A stretch of 60,166 nt of DNA, filler included, from Sphacelaria rigidula (GCA_964200075.2; 10 parts of 10 records of this genome joined end to end with filler, not necessarily neighbours in it), one strand, 5' to 3'. Counted from the whole stretch's first letter, positions 11,696-23,575 are shown. Notes: generated by a model from the letters alone, not told the origin. Translations and numbers: made by a program.

Positions 11696-12249
11696 TATGA
11701 TGTCGGGAAAGATGCGAGTTCGATTCCCAGCAGATGCGTCAGGTTTGGCGTTTTTTCTCAGAAATGTCTGATTTCCGTCGTTGTATACGTGAGGACATGA
11801 GTAGCAGGAAAAATCTGTTTGGGTGAGTTTGCTTGACGACAGTCGACGCGTCGCAGGAATGCTGACCGGATCCGCGTTACCAAATTCTAAGACATGTACC
11901 GGGGGGTGTACTCATGATCATGCTTGCCATAGTCATCAGACCATTGACCTCGCATNNNNNNNNNNNNNNNNNNNNNNNNNNNNNNNNNNNNNNNNNNNNT
12001 TAATTAATTAANNNNNNNNNNNNNNNNNNNNNNNNNNNNNNNNNNNNNNNNNNNNAACCCCATCGGGGGTCCGCCCCTACAAAGCCGGGACGGAGCACGC
12101 CGGGTTCTCGCCGGACCAGGCTAAAACGCCACGATAGGGGTGCAATTTTTTTTTTGAGGATCTTTACTCTAGGAGCCTCTCGATGACAAATAGCTGCCCC
12201 TTAGTGTGCAGCCCCAGAAAAAAAATTGGACTGAGAAGTGTATCTGGAC

Positions 12250-13290
12250 GGGGGTTATCATTTATCCCTGGGGTGGAAGCGGTGGAGGGTCACCCTAAAT
12301 GAATAAAGTGAGGCACAGCAGTTGTAGTGATACCTCTGCCATCCCCAGGGGCATCTTCTTTCGTACGCTTCGGCCCAGAGCGTTAGACAACACCCCCCAT
12401 GAGCATTTTTCAAATGAGGGTTGCACGATTTCATCCTCGGGGTGTTAAGGTGAGGGATTATCATGAACAGATGGGGTAGGGCATAAGTGTTATAGTTGTA
12501 CCTTTCCGGCCCCGACAGGGATCGCTATCCGTACGCTCCGGGGGGAAACGGTAGATAACAATTCCCTAAGCGTATTGGTAGAGGGCAGGATATTATGCCA
12601 TCCTCGGAGTGTGGGGGGCCGGGGGTGAAAACAAGTGATCCAAGTAGGACATAGCGGTTGTAGGAATATCTCTCCCGTCTTCAGAGACATCGTCCTTCGT
12701 ACGCGATTGGCCAAAATGTCGGGTAACACCCCTCCTGAGTGTTTTTGAGGAGATTGAACAATTTCATCTCCGGGGTATTAAGGTGAGGGGTTGTCATTGA
12801 CCAGCAGGGTACGTTGTAAGCGTTCTAGTGATACCTTTCCGGTCCCGATAGGCATCATCGTTCGTGCGTCAAGGGGCATGTTAGTAGATAACAGTCCCCC
12901 GAGCTATTGGACAGGGAATTATAACGCCCCTCGAGCGTGCTTGGGGCGGGGATGACTTAATCCCATCCCCTGGATGGGACCAGATGGACTTATAAGTCAT
13001 CAGGTTGGGGTGGAGGCGTTTTCATGATGCATCTCCTGTCTCCAAGGGGCATCGTCATTCGCGAGCTATAGGCCAAAACGGTGTATAGTAACCACCCACT
13101 GCAGCAGCATAGTATGGGGGGGACTGGTTGATTTTGTCCCCGTGGGGCGGAGGGATTTTCCCGTTGTTCGCTGACTATATAAATTTTCCAAATAATCAAC
13201 GTTCCCATATCACCTCTGTTACGTTCAGGACCATCGGCGCTAGTCCACATCAGGGCAGAACGGTAGATAACAACCCCCTCGATACGGTGG
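12250..13290. repeat. Diverged tandem array of about six ~170-bp units
   Basis: The core gatacct…gg(g/c)atc…tcgtacg…taacacccc recurs near 12328, 12497, 12665, 12829, 13026 and 13210. Confidence 0.7.
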
Positions 13291-14175
13291 ATATCACCTG
13301 TCGAGGACGGCCATTCCCCCCACCTTTGCCGAAACATGCACCCCCAGGCCAAATTCAACTTCAATGCTGGGGGGGGGGTTCACTAGGACCTGTTGTGTGT
13401 TGTAATCCAGGGTCTAACTAACAGAGTCGTACAATATATTGCAACTCCGCAGCAAGTGGTCTACTTGATCGTGGATCTGCCCCCATTGTTTTCGTTTCCG
13501 CTACAGGTAATCCTTGTTTCTGATATCATTCTCACTATTACCATTCATTATGTACAGTACTATTATTGGTGTCATCATTGTCATGGCTGCTGTACTCTCG
13601 GAGTACTAAGTTCGAAAACTGATCTGGAAACTCAGAGTGACGGGAGTACCGTACCCTACAGGTATCCTGAGCATAGCTGCAACAAAAATCTTCGTCCACT
13701 GCCCGCAACAAACGTCGTTTATTCACCACAGACTAACACAACCGCTCACTAAACAGCTACCCCCACTTTCCCCCATTCGGGATGAGGTGTATGCACGAGA
13801 GTTTTGAGGTGGACTAGGGTTCAAATCATCCCCTCATTGAGGGAAAGGGTTGACGAAGTCACACCATGGCCTGTGGTTCATACACATGATTGCTCCACTG
13901 CCCGAATGAATCCTTTTGCCATACAGCACATATTCGTCGTTGTCACCCAGCCAGGCATCGCAGCCTATTCGACACCTGGGCGTACACATATACATGACGC
14001 AAAAATGACTCCAAACCGTTCATAAAAAAATCACGTCGTGGCTACACTCTCAACACCCCCTCTTCCGCCCCTCCACCACCCCCAAGCCCCCCGCTGGATG
14101 ATCTTACGACCACGGGCATGCAAGATCATGAGTACACCCCCGAGCCCCCCGCCTCCTTATACCATCACCACCCAC

Positions 14176-15573
14176 CTGATCAAACACGCCCATTGGAACC
14201 AGCACGCTCCGAGACAATGCCCGTTCAGCCCGAACAACAGCTTCGGCCTGTGCTTGCGCTTTCTCTCGCGCCGCGGTCTCGCGCGCCGCGGTCTCGCGCG
14301 CCGCCTCCTCGCGCGCCGCCTTCTCGCGTGCCGCTTCTTCGTCGGCCTGTCGCCTCGCCGCTGCCGCTGCCGCTGCCGCTGCCGCCGTCGCCGCCGCCGT
14401 CGCGGAAAAGTTCTGAGCTTCACCAGGCGCCACAAGATTCGGACCAGAAGCAGTCGCCGATTGCGCTGGGGGCGCGTGCGCAGGCAACGCGGGCGTTGTT
14501 GTCGTGCTAGATACGGGTGGTCGTGCAAACGTGGGAGCGCCAATCGAAGGACCGGTCCCGGCCCCCGCCGTGCCCACAGCAGCTGCTGCGAAAGTAGTGC
14601 TGGGTATGGTCGTCATCGTTGTCCCCCCCGCCGTCATCGATGATGCCCCCCCCGCCGCCCCATGGCCTGCGGACGTCGAAACGACAGTCCCCGCCTTCGA
14701 CGCTTGGTCAACAACCGGCACATCCACAGAATCGGCCGGCCGCGTGAAAGAGAAACCGGGAATGGCGGACGTGCTGGAGGTCCCCCCCGCAGCACCCACC
14801 CCCGTACCGGGAGTCCCCGTCGCCCCGCGGCTTGGTGCGTTGTTGTCATCCCCGCCGCTGGCTGGGGGCGGGGGCACGGGTGCCCTTCCAGCGGGCCGTT
14901 TGAACGAGAACCCCGATTTCCCACCGCTGACGGCAGACGAGAATCCGATACCGGCAGAGTCGAGGGCGGCGTTCTTGTCGTTGTTCTTGTCGGGCTGCTT
15001 CTTATCGTTGCCACCGACACTTGCTCTGGGAGGCGCCGTGTCGATACCTTGGGAAGTTCGCACCGGCCACCCTGCGGCTCCTCCACTGCCACCGCCGTCG
15101 CCGCCCTCACCACCACCAGGCAGCGTCGTTCCTGGAACGGAATCAAACAGCGTCCTCGGCGTTGTTCTTTTGGACGAGGGGGCAGTAGTCCCCGAACCGG
15201 AGCGTGCCGAAAACGTTGCCCCCGACCTAGTGACGGAGCGTGTCGCAGACGTGGCCCTCCGCAGCGCACCAGACATGGACGATACCGAAGACGAAGAGGT
15301 GGCGCGCATTAACGACGCGGCTGGTGAGGTCGCCCCGCCGGTGTCTGCGTCGCTGTCGGCGTGGACGCTTCCTCGGGCAGAACCAGTAGCTGCCGTGTCG
15401 TGGGATTTGTTGCCGGCCGGCTCGAGGTCTCCCTTCATCACCCACTCTGAGGCCTTTCGCCAGGGCTTGGGCTCGACGAGATCTTGGAGGGGGGGTGTCG
15501 GGACGGGTTCGGCCGGATGCTTCAGCTTGCAGACCCGCTTTCTGAGATTCGGAGGCTTCATCCAGAAACGTAC
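14176..15573 (-). CDS. SAC3/GANP family protein, large low-complexity exon downstream of the PCI domain
   Basis: An aag acceptor gives VRFWMKPP in phase 0 with exon 16915-17040. Long open frame with GFSF motifs and EAARE repeats. The donor CAG|GTGGG at 14175 is less certain. Confidence 0.75.
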
Positions 15574-16241
15574 CTTGTTTTTTTTGTTGTCGGTGGTGAA
15601 AAGCATACGCAATGCACATCGCACATGAAAAAAAATAACAACAAAATGATGAACAATGTGAGGGCCTTGCACAGGTGCGGGTGGACGCATGTTCAAACCT
15701 CGTTGCGTGGAACCTGCCGGTGCCCCCCACTCCCCTCCGGCCGCCGTCCCCCCAAGCGTTCGGGGGGCGCAGACAGCATGCTGTAGTCAGTGTTACCCGG
15801 CTTCTCGATACAGAGGTATCTATAACAGGTGGCTCAGAGACTGTAACTATGCTGTATAGGTGCTCCTGGGCGCACCAAAGGCATCGCCAATCAGCGCATG
15901 GAAAATATGGCGTGAATAGGAACCGCGTGTTGTGTACTTCCATACGGGAAAGCGAGGTACTTGAGGGCTGTCGCAAATTTCCAGCAAAGCACCCACACAG
16001 AATGCACGCAGCAACAGGCTACACCCATACATACGCAAACATGATACATCCATGAAAAACACCAAAAGGAGAGAGGCGATAAGCCCGACAGTTGACGAAG
16101 CGTCATGCGATAATAAATTATCGCGCCTGGCGCACACAGAAAAACGTGGCGACGAGGTCAGCAAATACCAAAACAAGAGTTCTCATCATCTTCCAGGCGA
16201 TGACATCGATGCACGGGTTTGTGTAGCATGTGAATCACCGT

Positions 16242-16320
16242 TTCCCGGCGGTCTAAATTAAAATGGTACAGCTCGACACCATGAGGGTGGGGAGAACGCG
16301 GGTTCGATTCCTGCCAGATT
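16242..16320 (+). mobile_element. tRNA-like SINE head (second family)
   Basis: B-box GGTTCGATTCC with an upstream A-box-like segment. Relatives lie at 10146-10177 plus 11698-11740 (split), 33920-34000 (minus) and 49370-49450 (minus). Confidence 0.6.
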
Positions 16321-16914
16321 GCTTTTTTTTATTTCCCTCACAAGTATCTGATATTCATCTTTAAAAAGAGTGGGGACGTCAGAGAAAAAAATATATAGTT
16401 ACATTGAGCTGAGTTTGTTCAGCGACAGTCGATCTGGTGGTGGAGTGTTGATGGTCATGACCTAATCCGCGATACCAAAATGTAAGGAGGCGTGTACCGG
16501 GGTAGAGATGAATCATTCCCTTGAGTCCACCGAGTGACCCGTCCTCAGGAAGGAGAGGAGTGAGAAAGTGAGAATAAGAAGAAAAAAAAGGAAAGCCCTT
16601 GGGTGCATGTTTCACCCATGTGAGCGTATCTGTGTGTGTGTGCTGTGGGAACGAAGCATATGTTCTGTAGAGAACAAAAATTGGAGCTGAGCATGCGACA
16701 TCGGTCCAATAGCAGCGATCGAGCGAAACGCTCATGTTCTGACACCGTGCATGTACATGAATATATGTGACAAAAATAGTCAACCCCAACGTACTTGAAG
16801 TTACATCTACAGTTACATGACGCCAAAAACACAACTGCAAAAAGAGGGGGAGGGGGGGGGACTCTCCCTCCCGCCCGTTATTATTCAAAATGGTAAGGAA
16901 GCAAGGAAGCTCAC

Positions 16915-17040
16915 CTCCCCGTCGTCGTTCACTTCGAGGCCGTACGCGGCCAGGAAATCCTCAGCTTGGTCTTCGTCTTCGAAGCACAGCACTCGGGTCA
17001 ATTCCGCCACGGACATATCATGGAAGCACTTTCCGATAGT
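16915..17040 (-). CDS. SAC3/GANP family protein, winged-helix exon
   Basis: TIGKCFHDMSVAELTRVLCFEDEDQAEDFLAAYGLEVNDDGE resembles the GANP/Sac3 'L.F.D.EEA.DFL..HGL' segment. 126-nt phase-0 exon with a GTGAG donor. Confidence 0.85.
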
Positions 17041-17503
17041 CTTTTTGATGGAAGGATTTTTACGCGGAGGGGGGAAAACCCCGACAAATATTGTCAACGC
17101 AGGCGAACGGAACAACACAAAGTTGAAGCGGGACAGTCACTTCCCAGGGGCTGCGGATCAAATGTAGCAAAACCTGTCCAAACGAGGTTGCAAACCCCCC
17201 CCCTCCCCCCTCCTGAAGCTCCTCTCGAAAGGGGTGCGTGGTCAATGGTCAAACGACTAAGGCAAGCAAGCAGCGAGTGAGTAAGCCCCCCACCCCCTCC
17301 CCCCACATCCCCCCCTCCAAAAAGCCGGGAATCGGGTTGTTTTTCGGAGTTTCAAAACCGTGAAACAAGACGCGATGTCTTGTTGCAGTTGATGGCCAGA
17401 TCGGAAAATATCGCTGTGTGCGCATGAGTCATGTTCTCATTCGGCGTCCACGGTACCACCTACAAGCCTTGGAAACACCACAAAACGTCACGAGAGATCT
17501 CAC

Positions 17504-17671
17504 CCAGATAGCGGTAGCGCGCATGCTGCCCACGTACTGCGCCATAAGGCAGCGGTGCATAACACCCTGCTCCCGGAACGCGCGGAAAAATGCCACGTAG
17601 TCCCCTGACCGGAAGGCATGCACCACTCGAAGTGCTCCCTTGATCTCCGGAGATGATAGCACCTCCTCTCG
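17504..17671 (-). CDS. SAC3/GANP family protein (TREX-2 scaffold), PCI-domain exon
   Basis: VLSSPEIKGALRVVHAFRSGDYVAFFRAFREQGVMHRCLMAQYVGSMRATAIW matches the SAC3_GANP pattern 'S.E.K.A…A…NFV.FF…L.C.L..Y…R..AL'. GTGAG donor. Confidence 0.85.
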
Positions 17672-18522
17672 CTGAGCCAACATGATTTTATCGGTGTACA
17701 CGGTGCACACCGTTGCCAACCACATGATTGTGACAAGACAAATTAAACACGGAGTAATAAAGTATATCTATATATAATAAGATGATAATAGTTGAATTTT
17801 ATTTTTTGGAGAAGGGGAAGACAAGAAGGGGAAGACAATATATACAAGAACGCGTGAGAAAGAAGGAAAAAAAAACGAAACAAAAAGTGAAGAAATTTTA
17901 TATGTATATATATATTTTTCTTTATTTTGGTAATGTGTCTGGTAAGGAATAGCAGGGACGGTATTGGAAAGGCGAGCCTACGNNNNNNNNNNNNNNNNNN
18001 NNNNNNNNNNNNNNNNNNNNNNNNNNTTAATTAATTAANNNNNNNNNNNNNNNNNNNNNNNNNNNNNNNNNNNNNNNNNNNNCCTCCAGGGCGGGGCACT
18101 GACAAAAACAAGAGGAAAAAAACAAGAATTATCCCTGACCCCAAACCTAGCCCCCCCCCTCTACTCAACGACCCATGACGCGCCCCCGATACTCAAAACA
18201 GTATACTAGTGAACCCCCACACTAAAACCAAGGCAATTCTCATAATAGTTCTCAAATATATCCCAGACAACCCGCCAAAATTCCCAATATTCGACACACT
18301 ATTTCTCAGTAATTACGAATCGGATTCAACTCTTTTTTTCAGAGGTATCCTCAAATCCATAGCTTTTCAACAAGCCTATTGGTGGTATCGTGAGTGACTA
18401 TGTTGGCGAGATATGATTTGTACCCCATAAGGACCTTTACTTATGGCACAGAGGAAGTATGTTTTCAGCGGCACGGTGCGCGACAACACCCACGGAACTT
18501 CTGCTGGGCCTGTAACAGGTGC

Positions 18523-18779
18523 GACAGTTTCGGCGATAGCCCCCCCCCAAGAACAAAAAAAAGTCCATTTGGGAAGGCAAAATGTTCACGTCAATCGAAA
18601 TGGGAAAAGTCGAGCACAACAAGCAGCTGGGAATTCCCACGCTTGGGTTCGTTCTCGCCAATGTCGCCAATATGAGGCTCTTCATGCAGCCTGAACCCCA
18701 ACATAGAGCGCTGTATGACCATTTGTTCCGTGACACTTTTAGGCTGGTTTTGGTGGGGGAGGGTATCGTAGAAAGTGTC
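18523..18779. mobile_element. MITE with GAC…GTC termini and 4-bp TSD (GTGC)
   Basis: Imperfect TIRs gacagtttcggcgatagccc / gggtatcgtagaaagtgtc, with GTGC on both flanks. Homologous to 59751-59995. Confidence 0.8.
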
Positions 18780-21692
18780 GTGCGCGGAACTGAGCCGCAG
18801 CAACAACGACAAGGTAATGAAGAACAAAATAAGGTTTTTCGCGAACATATTAAGTGAGCCGGAGCAAGCCGCCTTGGTTGTATCACGTATCGTGTGTCGC
18901 ACTTGCCTTGTCATTGACCGTCGATCTTCGCGGTAGTAGGCGTCGTTACTCTTCGTTATTGCCAACCCCGATTTTCATGCAGACCATCATCCTTTCAGCA
19001 ATTGGTTGTACTGTTAATAATCTCGCAGGCACCACGCTTATAACATCAACTTACTCGTTGTTTTGCCACAGCCAACGCCATCTTTGCGATCCGTTTCAGC
19101 GGGTGCATTGCGGCCTTGGCAGTTGCTCGCTCGAATGCCGCGCAATACCTACCAAACCTCGAGCACGGCAGCAAGACACGGGGGAACGTCAGCAAAGATT
19201 GCACTAGCAACACTAACGTACAGGTGACCTCAGGCTTACTTGGCAAAGAATCTGTCCACACTTTACAACAACACTACAGTGTACATATTATGTATATTAA
19301 CATCAAAAAGGTACCTGGACACAGTTCGGGCGAATGTGGCACTTACTGCAAGCAAGCAAGTTGCCGTCTTTTCCTCTGTTTTTATCTATACCGTGAGCAT
19401 CAGACCATTTTTCATGGGAGCCAACCCGATCATCTGACGCAGGAGTGTCCCGACCTGAACAGAAAAGTGATGACAACTAAAGTCAACGTCCAGAGAATTG
19501 GAGAATTGATCTGGTTCTCTCACAGCTAGTCAAGGGTCTGTCGGGAGAAGATTTTCGGACACGGAGCCCCCCCCCTCCGGAGGGAAATGTTTTGAAAGTT
19601 GTCAGTTTTTTTTCTTGATATTATTAAAGAAGTTCGTCAAGAAGTACTGATCAGGAGTCTGGTGGGCTTTACGAGATTCGTTTATTTGCTTCTGCTCCTC
19701 GCCCGCTCGAGTGTCCCGATGACCTCGGATGCCGGCCACCCTTACACACGTGTATGTACACGAGCAAACGGTAGCGACAGCCTGCAGCCAAAGTAGCACC
19801 TTCATCTCACGCCTCGCCAAACTCGTCCGGACTACTGGTGGGTACTCGAGGCTCACGACACGGAACATGGTCCCATAAACGTAATCATGGTAGGTGATAA
19901 GCTTGGAGGGGGCGGTGTATCCGCCATCTCATCGATCTTCATGCCAAGAATCTCTGTAAACGGTGGCTAACCGCGCCCGCCAAGGCCTCGGCAATAAACT
20001 AAGGACAGTAGACTGGGTGCACCCCCCCTCCCCCCTCCCCCCCTCCCTTACCCCCTGTCAAAAACTCGAATTTTCGATCTTGGGGCCTACGTGTCCAGGA
20101 ACATATTGTTGACAGATCCTTACCGCAAAAGATTGCCCAACGGACCGGGGTCCGGAAAATCAATCCACAGGAGAAAACCGCCTGTAGATGGGCTGAAATT
20201 CTCGTATTTGCACAAGTACGGATTGGTTCCCATAAGAAATGGTCCTAGAGCAAGGTCATTCGTGAAAACGAATCCCACGCGTCGAGCGGCTTCGTCGATG
20301 TCGGGTTAGAACACTGCACGCCAGCAATTGGCAAGATTCTGCACTCTCGACTGTAGTCGCATGCCATCAAGCACCAGGGAAAGCGGGCGGCGACTTTCCC
20401 AGGGATGCAAGAGACGGAATAGCCGCGAAAACATCTCCGGCCGCTCTACACAACAGAGTGCAGGCGAAGCCATCTCACGCGTTCACACGTACTAATAATT
20501 TCCAATGGCCGTCCTTCACGCGCTATGATTTCTCACCTCCCTCCCACGTTTTTACTGATATCTGTGTGTGTGTAATCTTTTCAGGAGAAACGATTAGATG
20601 GAGAAAAAACCGCGGACGATTTCCTCTTCTTATTTCAGTTCACCTGGTTTCGTCCGCCCGGCACAGCCATAGGTTCACATGACACAGGCGAATTAGTATT
20701 ACTATATTAGTATTTCCACTCATGAATCCGATTTCTCGAACCCGTGGTCACAGATATAGGCTCGTTTTCCCAATACCATCCCTGCTTTTCTTTACAAGAC
20801 ATGAAGTCCTCGTCATTGTTTTTACGACTCCAGCCTACTTGAGTGAACCTCCATGCCAATACCCCCCTTGCATTAATTCTGGATGTTTCCTTCAAGTACC
20901 GTCACAACAACGCATTGAGAATATTCTCGCAAGGGTGCCCTATAGCAGTCGGTTCCTTAGCGATCACGGTTCAACAATATGGGGCACTCCGGAAGGGAGA
21001 TGGACAACAACGTTCATGTAAGCTGGCAACCTTGCCACCGGAAGTTGAGGCGGTGGCTGAACGGTGTTCGTTCATTGTATTTCTTATCTTCGATTGTTGT
21101 GCTCGCATGCTCAATGAGAACATTTGAACAAAGCACAACGGACCAAACTCTGACCTTGATGTTCACATCTTCAAACCCACGAGCATAACCGGGAGAGAGA
21201 TGGGGTTGATCCCTTGAGACCACGGACTCATCCCGAGGAAGGGGAGGGGTTCAAAGTGTGACAAAAACTAAACAAAGAACGAAGACCAAAGCGGCATCTC
21301 ACTTTCCAACGTCGTGATCGTCAACAAAGTCGAGGAAAGCTCCCCGCAATATCGCTTCCCAATGCCCTCGAAGACCGTCCCAGAATTCACCCGTCTCCAT
21401 GCTTCCACTGCTCAAATACAAATAAGGAAGCACGTTCAAAAGAGAGCCAAAGTTGTTGATCATTTCCAGTTTTTGCTGAATTTTCAAATTGCTGTATTTC
21501 TGTGTTTTGATGTTTTTTCTTTGTATCTCGACGAACGTTGCGTGTGTTGGTGATGAAAATGTCGTGTCAAAATTTGAGCGCCTGACTCCCCAAATTTAGC
21601 ACCGCCGGGCGCGAGAACATTCAAGAATCAGTCAGCTGGCCCAGCTCGTACTGACAATGAATAACGTGAAATATATCGATGGAGCTAAAAAC

Positions 21693-22116
21693 CAGGGGTA
21701 AACACGTTACACACGTGACACATTTGAAGAAACCGGAAAAAAACGTTAATTTGGGTCATTTAACGCTACATAAGGTTTGATTTGTTTTACGGGACAAATG
21801 TAACGTAACGTGATGCAACGTGTGGTCCTTGAAGCGGTGACTCTTGAAATTTTCCATATGGAAAAAAAAGGCTAATTTTGTGAATTTGTAACATGACACG
21901 TGACACGTTACAAACTCACAAAACCAAGCAGAGTTTTTGCCACATTTGGAAGTGAAACGCTGCGTCAGGGTTCATTCGAAGGACCACACGTTACATCACG
22001 TCACGTTAAATTTGTCCCATGCAAAAAATCAAACTTTACGCAGCGTTAAATGACCCGAAACTACGTTTTTTCGAAAATGTCACGTTAAAGTGTCACGTGT
22101 AACGTATAGACCCCTG
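21693..22116. mobile_element. hAT-like MITE
   Basis: CAGGGGT…ACCCCTG termini, long imperfect inverted arms, and 8-bp flanks CTAAAAAC / CTAAAAAG (7 of 8 match). Confidence 0.85.
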
Positions 22117-23156
22117 CTAAAAAGCTAGAAATGGCTGGTCTCTGCAGCATGGCTTCAGGTGCACACTGAGGTCGTACGCGAAAAAAAACATACACCCATA
22201 CTCAATCCGACACAAAACGACCGTGGGAGCGGATCAAGGGTCAGCTATTTGGGTCAAACAATTTGGGTACAAGCTCTCGCTCGTAAGACCTACGGAGGAC
22301 AGGCACCATGCTGCCGCCAAGGCTTCGTCTGATGGAGAGAAAACTTCTCGAGGAAACAAGTTTCATGTGGAATATCGTTGTGACTGTTCACGTTTTGTAT
22401 CGTTTTGACTGGTTGAGGGCTGATGATCTGTACTCAACGCCCTTTCAAGCCATGCTCTCAAAAACAGGCATCGCTTCAGAATCAACCCTTTGACTACGAG
22501 TGGTGGTCCGTCTGTGAATGAGCACCACCTTTACCTGAAAGAGGGATCAACGTGATTCACAAGTAGGCCATCGCTCGCAGCCAAAGGGTGGATTCTGTTC
22601 AGCACGGAGGAACACTTCGCTAAGCATGGGGAACACAACAAAAAATGGATGCAACGCGTGTTCGGCTCATCGTGGAGCCTGGACCACCACACCAGAGGTG
22701 CACAGTGATCTGTTGTTGTGCATGTGACCTAGTGGTCTGTTTGCGTACTGTCGATCGCGTAGTCATGTCGAGACACGTTTTCCCCTTCGATAGGAATGAC
22801 GGGTGATATATGTTGACGATGAGGTTACGAACAGTACCAACCATGCTCGAAAGCAAAACTCTGTCCCAAATATTCTTGCTTCGATGAGACCCAGCCTACA
22901 CGTGTAACACTAAGAGGAAAGAAATGGACACACACATATATATATATATATATGCAGAAAGAGAGGACGAGATGTAGAGAGAATGATGAACCTGAGACGG
23001 AGGAAACACCAAGAGTAACCAAACCCATGAACATAGTGCAGCATATACAAGAGTACACCTAGGGAATACCGTAAGACCGTAGGCTGAGGAAAATATCAAC
23101 ACCGTTGTTTTTGCAAATAACTTCACCTCACGCACCTGGCATAAATATTTTCCCAC

Positions 23157-23342
23157 CTGGAATTGATATAGATCTTGGTTCCGACGTGCTGATAGTTGAT
23201 CCCCTCTATCTCAAACACGGTGTCTGGAGGCACGGTGGGGACGATGTCGTTGTTATTCACCCCTCGGAACGTCTTCTCCGACATCTTCACCCCGTGATTC
23301 AACAAGGCGTCGTACGCCAGAGCGCCCCTTGTATCAAACACC
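23157..23342 (-). CDS. Class 3 lipase (Lipase_3), internal exon
   Basis: (R)VFD…TFRGVNNNDIVPTVPP…YQHVGTKIYIN contains the RxVNxxDIVP and YxHVG motifs. cag acceptor and GTGGG donor. Confidence 0.88.
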
Positions 23343-23525
23343 CTGTACGCGCACCAAGGATACAATGTCGTGCCATGGTGTGTTCGGAGACAACATTGAA
23401 ATGCACCACTTCGTCATCTTCACGTCAGTTGATTGGCGGGCCTTGTCTGGCGCTTTTTGCCCCGCTCTTCAGCCAAATGCTTCGTGGTGCGACAACCGTT
23501 CACTCAAGTCTACCGATCAATTTCC

Positions 23526-23575
23526 AGGGTTAGGGTTAGGGTTAGGGTTAGGGTTAGGGTTAGGGTAAGGGTTAG
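23526..23575 (+). repeat. Interstitial (TTAGGG)n telomere-type repeat
   Basis: About eight units of TTAGGG (one TAAGGG) in the intron upstream of the lipase exon. Confidence 0.9.

Noticed and set aside
12250..13290. CRISPR-like array
   Set aside because: The repeats are highly diverged, the intervening sequences are homologous to one another, there are no cas genes, and the context is eukaryotic.
14038..15628. Long plus-strand and alternative-frame ORFs (374, 216, 201 aa)
   Set aside because: They are shadows of the GC-rich low-complexity GANP exon on the minus strand.
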